Shown here: positions 41,690 to 54,042 of the stretch, piece after piece | Numbering within the stretch: the stretch's first letter is position 1 | Layout: each line of letters starts with the position of its first letter | Origin: the human T2T-CHM13v2.0 reference genome, Homo sapiens | Reading direction: 5' to 3' (one strand) | Assembly: GCF_009914755.1 (NCBI RefSeq) | Contig: NC_060934.1 | DNA length: 64,000 nucleotides | Notes under the pieces: model-generated | What the model was told of the DNA's origin: nothing | The model's input: only the letters and a program-made list of their open reading frames with translations | The model's database searches: none | Made by a program: the position numbers and the translations under genes

Positions 41690-41869
41690 CACTTCAATAG
41701 GACAAAGTCCTTAAAGAAAGACTGAAAAGAGCTGATAATCAAAATCCCAAATTTTATGCTTATTTTTGTTTTAGTGCTATCAATTTTCTGACATATTAAC
41801 ATAGGCAGGAAAACATTCTCAGTAAATTGAGCATTTGAGTCTACAAATGTCTTGAAGCACTCTGGCAAG

Positions 41870-41921
41870 TTACATGTATCCCATGTTGCTTTTGGTTTCC
41901 CATCTCTTCTTTGCTTCAAAC
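41870..41921 (-). CDS. FAM204A: FAM204A last exon, coding part: (G)FEAKKRWETKSNMGYM*
   Basis: Acceptor ttccttttag|GTTTGAAGC follows a 298-nt intron; phase completes the split Gly codon; TAA stop at 41870-41872. Confidence 0.95.
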
Positions 41922-42218
41922 CTAAAAGGAAGAACATACAAATCTCAATTTATTTCTTAAAAAAAAAAATACTTTGCTGAACATGTTTACTTAGAGACCA
42001 AAGCAAAACAAACAAAAATTTTTCACATACTCCAATGATTACAAAATAAACATTAAACAGGATGAAGAAATGCCTCTATATTTATAATCTGATAAACATT
42101 CAACGAAGAAAAAAATGTAAAATGAGTTAACAGTTATACACGAACTAGATCACAAAATATATTAGCAGAATTTCTATGAAGTCAGGAGATTTACTACCAA
42201 AAATCTTAAGTAAACTCA

Positions 42219-42326
<108 letters not shown>

Positions 42327-43806
42327 CTAAGAATTACAAAGGAGGAAAAAAAAAAGTGAAAATAAATATTCCAGCTAATACAGTAATTACACTTATACAA
42401 ATAATTGAGAACTTGTGGGTAAGAAAGCCATGTCTAGAAATTAGAAATTCTATGTTCATTCCTTCTCAAAGTATAATGAATACAAAGACAGGACCCATAT
42501 CTCCCGTGACTCCCAATAGACCCTTTACCCTAGTTATACCAGTCTCCTGGATGGAAATCCTTCTCAAACTGAGGCCCCTCGAGGGTCCACAAAGGTAGTA
42601 ATGAGGATCTTCAAGCTATTTCAGCATTGCAGTAGGCTGAACAGGAATTTACCCCTGATAAGGCTGCAGACACTGACAGAGACATCAAGTTTCTTTGCTC
42701 TGGGCTAGAATTACAGCAACTCAGTATGGTCACACCAGTTATCTCATGCTGATCAGAAGCTCTGATTGGCAGTCACAGATGTGATTAATAAAACATGGGA
42801 AAGCTAATTACTACTTCATAAATGCACTCTGTATGATCGGTAACAGCTTTTAATTCACTGAGAGAAAAAAGAATATCAGGGGTGCTAAGGTGAAAAGGCT
42901 GAGCACCAGGACCACAGTACTTAAGTGTCCCCTGTGCAGGGCCCTCTATGTGTGCCCCCCTTACACCCACCTGCCAGTCCTACAAGATCCATTCACCGTG
43001 AAATCCCCCCATCCCAGAAGTCTTCTTTAACTCAACCTAAAACAGTCCCTGTTTCTCCAGCCCTCCAGCTTTCAGTTTTACACTCTGCCCTGCACGGCGC
43101 TCTGGCTGCAGAGCTGTTCCCCAGCAAGCATCTCCAGGATAAGCATTGTGATGGTATCTTCTACTTTTAGTGTGCTCTTAGTTTTAAAATGCCCACCAAT
43201 GCGGACAGCTCAAGAGTACCCATTAAGAACCCAGATTAAACAATAAAAACGAAGTACCTCTTTGGTGTTTCTTGCCTTTTCTATCCCTTGTACTCACCTG
43301 ATGCATATTAGTAGACAGGCAGACTTGTAAAAAAGAAGAAATGACCTAGAAGCCACTCTAAAGTCAACAGGTTAAAGCCTAAGTTCTAGGGATCTGCTTG
43401 CCAATAGTAAGGCATGGCAGGAGGTTAAGAGCACACGTGTAAGGAAAGAAGCAAACTTAGGAGAGCAAGGTTTGGCACGCTTGACATGTCTTTCAGCTTA
43501 ATCTTGGAGAACAGTTTCCTTTAGGATGAAATCGACAAGTAGTAATCAAGCACTGTCTGTAGTTTATAAATGAGGGCAAAAATAGATTTGATTTTTCAGT
43601 ACAGTTAAGAACATATATATAAAGAACGTAGACAAATGGAAGGAAGCTGACAATTGAACTACGGTGCCGAATTGGTCAACATCAACAGGAAAGGCGCCGA
43701 AGAAAGGATGATCCATTGTAAAGCAGACCAACCTCGGTGTGTTCCCAAAACTCAAACCCGTATTTAGCAGTGCTACTGTCGTCCTCCTCTTTTTCAAAGG
43801 AATAAC

Positions 43807-43895
43807 ATTCATTCAACAAATTTTACAAAGGCATAAATGCATAATTTTGCCAGGCACTGTTCTAGGTGCTGGAGGTAGAGCATTGAGTGAAACGG
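43807..43895 (-). mobile_element. L2 3'-end fragment
   Basis: cattcattcaacaaa...tgccaggcactgttctaggtgctgg. Confidence 0.75.
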
Positions 43896-44199
43896 GTTGT
43901 TTTCAAACTGTGGGGCTGGGGAGGAGTTGGCAGTTACATTTGACTGCTTTAGTATTGGCTTTGTTCTTTTGGTTCTCTTTTCAAAATTTCCAGTTCTTTA
44001 TTGTAGAAAAGTTCACGTAAGTCAACCAAATAAAAAAAGGTTAAGAATCAAAAGCCTGTATTATCATCATCCCAGGAGAAAATGAAACTCTGGAAGGAGG
44101 CTGTGGCATAATTTATCATTAAGATGAAGTTCCTATCCACTGAAAAACTATCCATTTGTCATACATGTAAAAAAAAAAAAATCAAGTTAACACCTATCA

Positions 44200-44500
44200 A
44201 CTAGTTAGGCTAGTCAACCTTGCAGTATCCAACAAATATCCAAATCTCACTAGCTAACTTCTATTTCTTGTCTCATTTTAAGTCCCTGTGGATGGGCAGG
44301 ACTCTCCTCTAACCTGTGATGCCGGCATCTCAACATGTGGCTTTCAGGACTATTATGGCAGAACAAGAGCGGGAGGGCCTCACAATGGCTCTTCGATGCT
44401 TTAGTTCGGCAGTGACACAAATCATTTCTGCTCAGAGCCCACTGGTCAGAACTACTCACGTGGCTCCGAAACAAGGGGGCTTGGAAATGTGGAGGTACAG
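44200..44500 (-). mobile_element. Old MLT1 (J/K-like) LTR fragment
   Basis: aacaaatatccaaatctca...cccactggtcagaactactcacgtggc. Confidence 0.65.
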
Positions 44501-45849
44501 CAGGCTATGAAGGGAGCAGTAAATATACCTAATAAACTCTCTTCTGCTGTAAATCATAGCTGGCTACTTGTGTTTAAGATGCATATAGGTCTCTCCACAT
44601 TCAAGTGGACAATTCAGTCTCTTTCCTCTTCCCCATCGCCAAAACGTAAAACAGAAAAATCTATATTTTTTCCATTAACTCCATTCCTATCAAATGCAAA
44701 TTCAGTTTTGCCAAAACCACCCACCAAAAATGACCCACTCAGCTAGCTTCTCTTATATTTCAACTGAGACTATACTGTAAGAAACAAAAATGATCTGAAC
44801 CATATTTGCCATGTAACATTAACAATGTGAGAAAATTATTTTTTAAAACTGTTGTCAATTAAGACATAACTTATATTTTTCTCATTGGAATTTCCCAACA
44901 TGGCTGTCCTGGTTAGGACAGCCAAACCAAGCCAAAGAGCAGCTCCCTATGTCTGGGCATGCAGTCATCTGACTTCAATAGACTCTTCACCTCGACATGT
45001 CATGTACTCTAAGAATGTAAAAGCTTTTAGTGCTCCAGCAATGCTAAGGCCAAATCCAGCACAACTAGCATCACAGTAAATACTTAACAGCATATGTTCC
45101 TTAATACAGTATATGCTTGTTAAAAATAATTCATTAGAACGTATTAATAAGCAGCCATTCACATGAGAGGGCTCCATCATTTTGTGAGCTTAATAAATAT
45201 AATAAACAACTAGGTACATAAGCAACACTTTCAAACAGACCTGATCCTATAAAAGGTATATTTTCTAACTGTATTTTACCTTGGCTTAGGTTAAATAAAA
45301 TGTTCTTCAGCTGATAAAACACTAAGCAAACCTGGTCTATGTATTTTCTACAGAAAGAAATCTTTTAGCTTGTAATGATGAAAACTCATAGCCTTTTTGT
45401 GTCCTTCGTATAATTAAAATGAACGTGTCTCACTTATTTCTGTGGAGAAAGAAAAAATATCTGAAAATATAAAAGGCTAATAAGACCTTCTATGAAAGAG
45501 GCAGTTGAGAAGAAACGCAGTTTCCCAGTCAAGATGACTAACCTGGGTTCCAGAATATAAAAGAATATCGTGCTGTGCTGCAGTATTACAAACAAATAAA
45601 ATAGGCCGAAAAGAATCCCCCTTCCACTTCCATAAAAAGAAAAATGCATCTTCATGCTCAATGTAAACATCACAAAAGCTTGGTCAATGGTTTAATATTT
45701 AAAAAATGGTTTTGGGTCATCAGATAACTATAGCAACACAACGTGGAAAGAAATTTTTTTAAATGAATAAAATATATACAAAATTTCTTGTATGTGTAGC
45801 CAAAGTATCAGCATTTTCCATATAGAACATCCAATATTTTGCTGCATTT

Positions 45850-47050
45850 TAATTAAGGTGTCTAAACATTATCACAAAGAACTGCAAATTGGTCAGAGCA
45901 TGCAGTAAGGAAAATTAAGCTCTAAAGGCTTTTTATCACCATATTTCAGGAACCAAGGGTGTAAAATGTTCTAATTTGGGATATATTAAAAGCCATAAAA
46001 GGTCTTTCAAAAAGATTAATGGTACTTTGCTTGGATTTAAGATAAGGGCTTTAGCTGGTTGGAAAAGCAGGGCCCTGGCTGGACCCTTGAGGCATTCATC
46101 TTTACAGCCACTTGGAAGATTTGTAAAAGCGTCTGCATAACCTCAAGCAAATGCACGGCGACATTTTTTTAATTCCTTTCAATTTTACAGGTTTAGCGTG
46201 TGTAAATCATATTGGGTTGTAAAATAGATATAATGGCACATCCTTGCAACACAGTACAGATTTTTAAAAGACAAACTTCAAAATAAAGTTAGTTTTTCTT
46301 GCAAAATCTTGTCATTATAAAGTTTGCTGATAATCATTTGAAGTATCTGATTCAAACCGCTTAATCTAGCATAACTGTAAATTTCTTATCCGTTTCAGAG
46401 TAAATTTTACTCATCTCAAAATTACTAGCTTGTAACAGATTTATAAAGTTTTCCTCCCTTTTGAACACTTTCAAGGCACTTATTTAAAAATACCAATTAT
46501 CATACTTTAACTTTTTATGGAATAATAGGTCTCTATGAAAAATATTTATGCCATTCTCTTTTGTTCTTTAATTAAATGAAAACAGATGTTTTCTGAAGTA
46601 AAGCGGAACCATTACTGGAGTACTTAAAGTGTTAAGGTCTTTAATTTTTATATCAGTTTGGTCGACAATTCTTGATTGTCTTTACTCAAGCTCAACATTA
46701 ATGTCAAGCAAGTTACCTAGGAGACGAAAGAGATCAAAGAGACAAAAACCCCTCCAATGTCTGATTAATCAAGCCTGCAAACAGCTTATTTCTTTTAGCC
46801 TGCATGCAAGTATGAAAATGAGATTCTGGGAGCCGAACATGGTGCAGATTTGTTCATTCTTATCAGAACAAAGCCAGCGGCAGCTTATTTCATGGATCAT
46901 TGGCACTGTCATCAGTGCTACACAGAACGGGTGACAGCTCCTCATTTTGAGGCTTGAACAAAATTAGCAAAAAGTCGGCACAAATTAGCCTCTCATCTTT
47001 TTAGTAATATGACATTATTCATTTACTTTTTATCCAATTTTTAATTTTTT
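45850..47050. promoter_or_regulatory. Putative conserved intronic enhancer block
   Basis: Repeat-free; contains TCF/LEF AGATCAAAG (46731), TGATTAATCA (46762), MEIS TGACAG/CTGTCA and Hox/Cdx CCATAAAA (45993). I recall, unverified, ultraconserved/VISTA elements in this intron. Confidence 0.55.
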
Positions 47051-48039
47051 CCTTGTCAGCTATCCCTTTCTAGTGTCTCTTGCATGGCATCATAAAATGC
47101 CTTCCAAAAAACAAGCAAAGAAATAGCCAAAGTTGAAATAACATACAAAGTTCAAGAAGCAAATAAGAAAAAGTACTTCCAATGACTGGTAACACTGTGT
47201 TTTTAAAAAATAACTTTCGAAACTCTGCATTAATATTGATTTTTAAAAAACAGCTCACAATGCCTTGCAGTGAAGGAGTTTTAAGAAACTGGTGGTATAT
47301 TTCAACAAAGAATATAATGTGACCAATGTGTTTCACTCAAACCACAATTTAATATATTATGTGCTCTAGTAAATTCAAGACATCTACATTTGAACTGGTA
47401 CCTTTCCCTCCATGGTCACACCTGAGATGCCAAAGCCCTGGTGAAGCAAATAAGCTAGGCCATATCCAGTCACTTAACTCCTTCTTTAAATCAAATCATT
47501 TTCTGTCCTAAGAAATATAACCTAACTTCACTGTCATCTTAAAATGTGCATGCACAGGTTTGCATATGTTTGCACGTTTGTATACTACATGTATCTATAT
47601 ATATGTACGATCGTTTACACAGCTATCATTTATTTTTATACCTACAACTCCTATCACTTTATTTCAAAGCATAACCCAACAAATCCTGTTTTTAAAACAC
47701 ATCAAATAGATATATATACAAATATCTTTTATATGTGTATATCCACATATCATTCATATATGTGTGTATATGTGCATATATGATTCATATACTCTGATTT
47801 CATAGTGAAATCATTTACATAACACCTGTTTTAATGATGACTATTAAGGCTTCAAATTATATGTGGATTACAGTATTCCAAAGGAGGGAGAAGATGATGT
47901 TCTACTGTTGAAATTACTCCTGGATACAGACGTTTATATTCAAGCAACTTATGCCATTCATAAGGGGAAAAAAGCATTAAAAAATTAACCATAAGCTGTT
48001 AGATGCTTTACACAGCCCCCATAAGAAAGACAGTTTTTT

Positions 48040-48470
48040 AAAGAACTGTAGTACTGTTTTCAGCAATTTCTTTATCTCTGTTCTTCTAAGTAAGAAAGCC
48101 TATTAACAAGCTTTGAACTTAAAATCACATTTACAATAATGTGCCATCAACAGTTTTATAAGCTAATTAGAAAAAGATTAATTAATGACTGGCTGCTAAT
48201 AAAATGGCAATCATGAAGAAAGAAACCAAGGGTGCTAAGCTTCAACTACCACCAATTAAGAGCTAATTACAAACAAATTATATATGTGTTTTGCTGTGGG
48301 CTTTAATTTACTAAAATGGTTTTAATTAAAAGAGAAAACATGCTGATTAATTGAACTGCAGAAAAAATCTACAGTATAAACTGTGCTTTGTCTGTCTCTT
48401 TAATTAGACTTGTAACATCTGAAATCTTTTTTTAAGGTTAGTTAAAAGCACAGATAAACATAATTAAAAG
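48040..48470. promoter_or_regulatory. Putative homeodomain-bound conserved non-coding element
   Basis: Six TAATTA palindromes in about 310 bp, plus CTTTGAA (TCF-like). Confidence 0.55.
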
Positions 48471-49062
48471 AGAGCATAAGGAACACCATTTGAGGTGATC
48501 ACCCAATCATACCCCAAAGGTTAAAAGAAAATATCCTCAATGTAATGAGATTTGAATAAGCACACCTAAAAACCTGAGAGAAAAAAAACCATCACTGAAC
48601 ACCAGCCTTATTTTTCTGATATTAAAATGCTGCAGTGTCACGGCTGTGCACAATTTTGTATGGGAACAAACATATCTTTAAACTAGATGTAAAGAAATTC
48701 ATCCAGGCCCTCTCTTACTTGGGAAGTCACAGCTTATTTTCCATACATTGTGCCAATTGTTGATCTACATGTAATAACTGAATTACCTGTAAGAACTAAG
48801 GAGAACAAGGCTTCAAAGAATTAAAATAGCCCTTTAAAAGCCCCCCAGATAATGTGCGGAATACAAAATGATACACAGAGTAACTTTTAAATTAAAAAGC
48901 ACTGAAAGATGACCAAAGTTAATGAATGAGAGCGAGTTCTAGATGATCCTCAACAGACACACATATCCTTCCCAGAGGCAGAGTTCCCACATTCCCTAGG
49001 TGGTGAATTAGCTCCTGATCAACACAAGCCTATTTGGTGAAAGGTTTTTTCCCTCCCCAGTG

Positions 49063-49175
49063 TCCTATATTCTTTCTCATTGCTGATTAGTGAAATACAC
49101 CAAAAAGAAAATGGTCTCCTATATTCTTTCTCATTGCTGATCAGTGAAATATACCAAAAAGAAAATGGTCTCCTA
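49063..49175. repeat. 54-bp tandem duplication (2 copies)
   Basis: Copies at 49063-49116 and 49117-49170 with 2 mismatches; trailing tccta microhomology. Confidence 0.95.
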
Positions 49176-52100
49176 AACTCTACTGCTTTACTGGAAAGAG
49201 TAATAATAAACAAGCAAACAAAAGAAAAAGTAAGGGACAGAAGGCACAGTAATAAAATTTGAAAGAGAGACATAAAATATATTTTGCCAGAGTGCAGACA
49301 TTAGATGACTCTGTATGAAATAATCATTTAAACAAAAAACAACCATTTGCTTTTACAGCAAAACCTACATTATATTCGTCATACACATCCCTGATACTAG
49401 CAATGAAGTAACTTCCTTTCCATAAAAATAAAATATTCAAATGGAGATATTAAATTTAAACCCTTAAAATACATATAAATAATACTTAATGCATTTTTTA
49501 CTATGTTTACCCAATCTTCAGTGGCTAGAAATCACAATTAAGACAACAGAAAAGATCTGCAACCTTTCCGCAGGGTCACAGGTTCCAGTGGTAAATTGTT
49601 AGAACAGCTAATTGGAATACACCGTTCAGCTTTGTATCTGAGCAAACCGTTTTACCTCAGAAACGTGGCTGTCAAGACATTTCTACACAAAGTATTCACA
49701 AAAACAGAAAACGATTTTGTTTTCTGGATTACAGAATAAAGATCTGCTTCACTATAATATTGTCTTTCAATTCAGTTTTTTTCAGTTATTTTTTTGATGC
49801 AAACATAATGGCCCTGACTAGAAGTAACTTTAAACTTAGGTTTGAGAACATCTCTAGTTCAAAATTTAAGCAAATGTTTTGAACTCCAGACACAATAACA
49901 CTCCAGGTACTCTGATCAAAATTGTATTATTTGGGAAGGGCTTTTTTTTTTTTTCCCAGGGGGAGGGGACTTCAAGCTCCTTTTCCATCAAGATAACAGC
50001 ACTTACATCTACATAAAACTAATAACTGAAATGAAAAGGAAGAATTGTAGTCAAACCCTTTCTCAAGGAAACCAAAAGCTAACAATAAACTGACTGGAAA
50101 AGTCCTGAATACTAGAGCAAGTGCTACAGCATCCACAGCACTTTTGAGAAAGGACTACTTCTCAGATGTTAATATAAAACGAAAAATCTGTCTCCTCAAA
50201 TGTACATATAAAGTCCTCTTCTAGGAGAATGCCTTTAGATGTTCTCCACAATTGCTTTACAGAGCTTAGGCTACAAATTAACAGTCTGCTCAAATTTAGA
50301 AAGCATTTAATTCACTTAGTTATAAATTACAACTCAATCAATTCAAACTTTATTTTTTTAATGGCCATTCCTACCTTCTTGAAATATTGACAAACTATTA
50401 CTACTTCAACATTATTAACTTTACCTGTATTTTGAAATCCAAAAATCTAAGCAGTCTACTTCATTTATAATAAAATTAAAATTCAATTTCTGGCACAATT
50501 CATTCTGCCAATACAACACTTACATCTATAAAGAGGGTACCATTAAAATGAGATATATTTATCATTTCTACTTTTGATACACCGTGGTTATATTCTCAAT
50601 AATATTAAGCTCAACAGCACTAAGGGCTGAAGTCATTGCCTTAGTTCCTTTTTTATAAGTTCAAAAAATGAGCTTTCATATATGAAAAATTTTATCGTAT
50701 CATGACTCTAAATCAAAGGGTTTTAGATTCAGCAAAGATGGCAGCGCATTATAACCACAGGATCTGAGATGTAAATATTATATTAAATGCCTTGCAAATC
50801 ATCAAAAACCAATATGATTACTCTTTGTAGCTTGTGCAAAACTGTTATAATGTTACAACATGAAGTTCTGGTGTTTTCAAGGAGTCAGGTTTACTCTGCC
50901 TTCAAAGACCATCCTGTTTCAGCTACTTACAGAAAAAGGATAATCTTTAAGGGCATAAAAAAGCCAAAATGAAATTCATAGGCAACCTCTCTTTCCCCAT
51001 TCATTTCTGCCATCACACTATATAGGTATAACTGAAATCAACCTAAGCAATAGGTATGATGCTTTGGATGGCAGAAACTCACGGTTCTGCTGCCAAACCA
51101 AGTTGGTTTTTATCTATAGCAGGCTAACATGAAGATGCCTAGAGAGAAATCCCCTTTTATGTGAGGTTCAATCTAAGTAATCGGTAGTAAGCAGTTACTA
51201 CTTTAACATTATTATTAACTTACCTGTATTTTAAAATCCAAAAATTTAAGCACTCTATTTATAATAAAAAATTAATTTATTAAATAAAATAAAAACTTTA
51301 TTTATTAAATAAAATAAATTTATTTTTATTAAATTTTTAGTTAAATCTGCTTCCTTCGTTAAATCTAGACTTTAGCACTTAATCTTAAAATATTTGTTTC
51401 TATCGTTTTCTATAAATTGGTATGATTTAAACAAACATAATGTATAAGAAAAGAAAGTACCAAAGCGTGGCATTTTCAATGATCATTATCAATGAATGGA
51501 ATGTACATCAAACCAAGTCTGAGTTTAACAAGCCACAAATACACTCAAATACTTGAATGTGTATTTTATACACATACACACACACACACATATTTCAAAT
51601 TAGAACAGTTTCATCAGTATGACACAAACCTAAGTATATGTTTCTACTTCATCTCTCCCCCAAGACTTTTAACAAAGTATTTAATCAACAGGAGGGACAG
51701 TCTCAATCACATTACATGACAAAACCAAAGACGACAGCATAATCTAGGCTTCAAACATGTGAAGTGACTGAGACATCCCCCAAACCAGATTCTACACATC
51801 TTAATGCCATCATTAATTTAAGGGAGTATGATTCCGGAAAACTATGTTCTTGCTGTATCACAACAGGAGCACACTAACAGTCTTATTTTGGAATACCGTT
51901 TTGTGTGTGTGTGTGTGTGTGGTTTTTTTTTTTTAAGAACTGTTTTCAAGGCCTATTCTCAGACATGGTTCTACTTTTGGCTTCATTTTTCTCAATACTG
52001 ATGCTGCCCCATTGGTTTCATAGGTTTATAAATGTTAAACATCAAAAATTAGTTTCACTTATTATGGTTGGAAAAGGCTTTAAGAACTCTGGGATCTGTG

Positions 52101-53099
52101 CCTCTGAGCAAAGGCTTTATCAGCAGGTCCCAGTCACTGCTGCTTGAAAAAAGAAAACGGTACTGATGAAAAACCAATATACCTGATTTCCAAAAGGACA
52201 CCTATCATGCACATATACATTTAATTCATAAAGGGCTTCTGCCCCCAAACTCACACTTAGTTCTCAAAATCCCATCTCTCATATCCATGGTTATTGGTAC
52301 CAAGGAGATAAATATGTAAAATTAAATCTCAAACCAAACTATTCATTCAAAAATTCCATCTTGATTATTCTTCACGGGTACTTAATGAAAGTAACATCAG
52401 TATCTTTCCAATTTGGCCTGTGTCTGAACGGCAAACATTTTCCAGATGTTTTTCCACTTACACAGGGCAAAGAACAGGGCCTAAATTATTTTTCTTTTAA
52501 TCAGAATGCTATAATCCCACATTAAACACATTTATTTTACCAGAAAAAAACATTGTATTTGTATGAATATAAAAAGTACAATGAGAAAAACATTTACTAT
52601 TCTTACAAGGGCTGAAAATCTCATGTATTTCTGAAGCAATCTCATTTGTCAAAAAGTGTGACAGGAAATAGCCCTTAAAAAATGGAAAACATCTAGTCAG
52701 TATCATACAATTCCCATTTCTAAAACTGCAGTATGACAAAGCAAAAAAAAAAAAAAAAAAAAGAATCCTAATATCCTCAAAGGAAACTCACATTTCTGAA
52801 ACCTCTAAGGCGCTAGTTCTGTATGTTTTGACAAACAGCTTCAAACTGCACATAGAAAGGAAAGCTTGTAGTGAATAGTAGCGAGGTAGACAAGGACAGA
52901 GTTCATATGCAACCGCTGGTGGGCAGAATGTCACATGGTGACCCTACACCAGGCCAGTGCATCATTTAGGAAAACTTTATCCAAGTCCCAATTGTCCAGA
53001 TTTACTGAGAAATTTAGCAAAGGCACACAAAAGATTCTATAATCCAACAGCTCACTTAAGCCAAGTTTTAGATTTAGTTTGCTGGGTGATGATTAAAAG

Positions 53100-53820
53100 T
53101 ACAATGAGATCATATTTTAAAGATCAAAAGTCATTTGGCAGTCACCATAATAAAAACTGTCACAAGCAAGAAAATCAGCAGTGGACACTAAAACAAACAG
53201 GGAAAACATGAGAAAGAGAACATTTACACAGTCTCAGATTATCTCCTAACTCCCCACAAGACACTTATTTATTCCAAAGAAAGAAACAATAACATCACAG
53301 TGGAGAAATCTGGAGACACTACCTGAAGTAGTTAATCGAAGTAACACCATCAGGAAAGGGACAAAGAGACAGCACGAGTCTCTGGATCGCTGACACTGAG
53401 AAACACACAACATTACTCCCATGATTTTCCTGCCAAAAATGCATAACCTAAAATTAATCATGAGGAAACAGCAGACAAATCAAAATTATAAGGGACATGC
53501 TACAAAGTAACTGGCCTCTTCAGAAATATTAAGGTCCTGAGAAACAAAGAAAAACTGAGGAACCATTCCAGATTAAAAAAACTAAAGAAACATGACGACA
53601 AAATGCAAAGTCATTGACTAGGAAAAAGAAGTTTCTTTTGCTATAAAGGGAATTATTGGGACAACTGGTAAATTTAAATAAAGTATGTCAAATTAGAAAA
53701 CATGAAGGCAAATGTTGTAAAATGTTAGCATTTCTGGTATCTGAGGGAAAGGTAAATAGGAAATCTTTTTCCAAATTTCTCAACTTTTTGAAAGTCTGAA
53801 ATAATTGCAAAATATAAAGG
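53100..53820 (+). mobile_element. L1MC4/5-type 3' fragment
   Basis: acagtggagaaatctgg...cctgccaaaaatgcataacct...catgaggaaacagcagacaaa. Confidence 0.8.
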
Positions 53821-54042
53821 GTGTTGTTGTTTTTTTAAGTAAAATGTGTTCAACTCAAAACTTCAGCATTACTAACTCTACTAAAAGGAACATAGAACCT
53901 GCAGTAAAATAAATGCTTCTCTGTGAATTCCCCTTGTTTCAGATGGGGGTACTAATAAGCAGAAAAAGATAAAAAGATGGACAGTTGTGCATGGATCACA
54001 TGGAGTCCACATTTTAACCCTGAAGACTAGGCTTTCCCTTAC

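Larger units (their letters stand above)
36900..41869 (-). other. FAM204A: FAM204A 3' UTR (extent uncertain; several candidate AATAAA sites; may extend further left)
   Basis: Follows the stop codon; AT-rich; minus-strand AATAAA at 41684-41689, 40948-40953, 39637-39642, 38845-38850, 38069-38074 and 36920-36925. Confidence 0.55.

Noticed and set aside
43638-43648. GGAAGGAAGC resembling the bacterial SRP RNA loop
   Set aside because: The flanking helix of SRP domain IV is absent; a chance short match.
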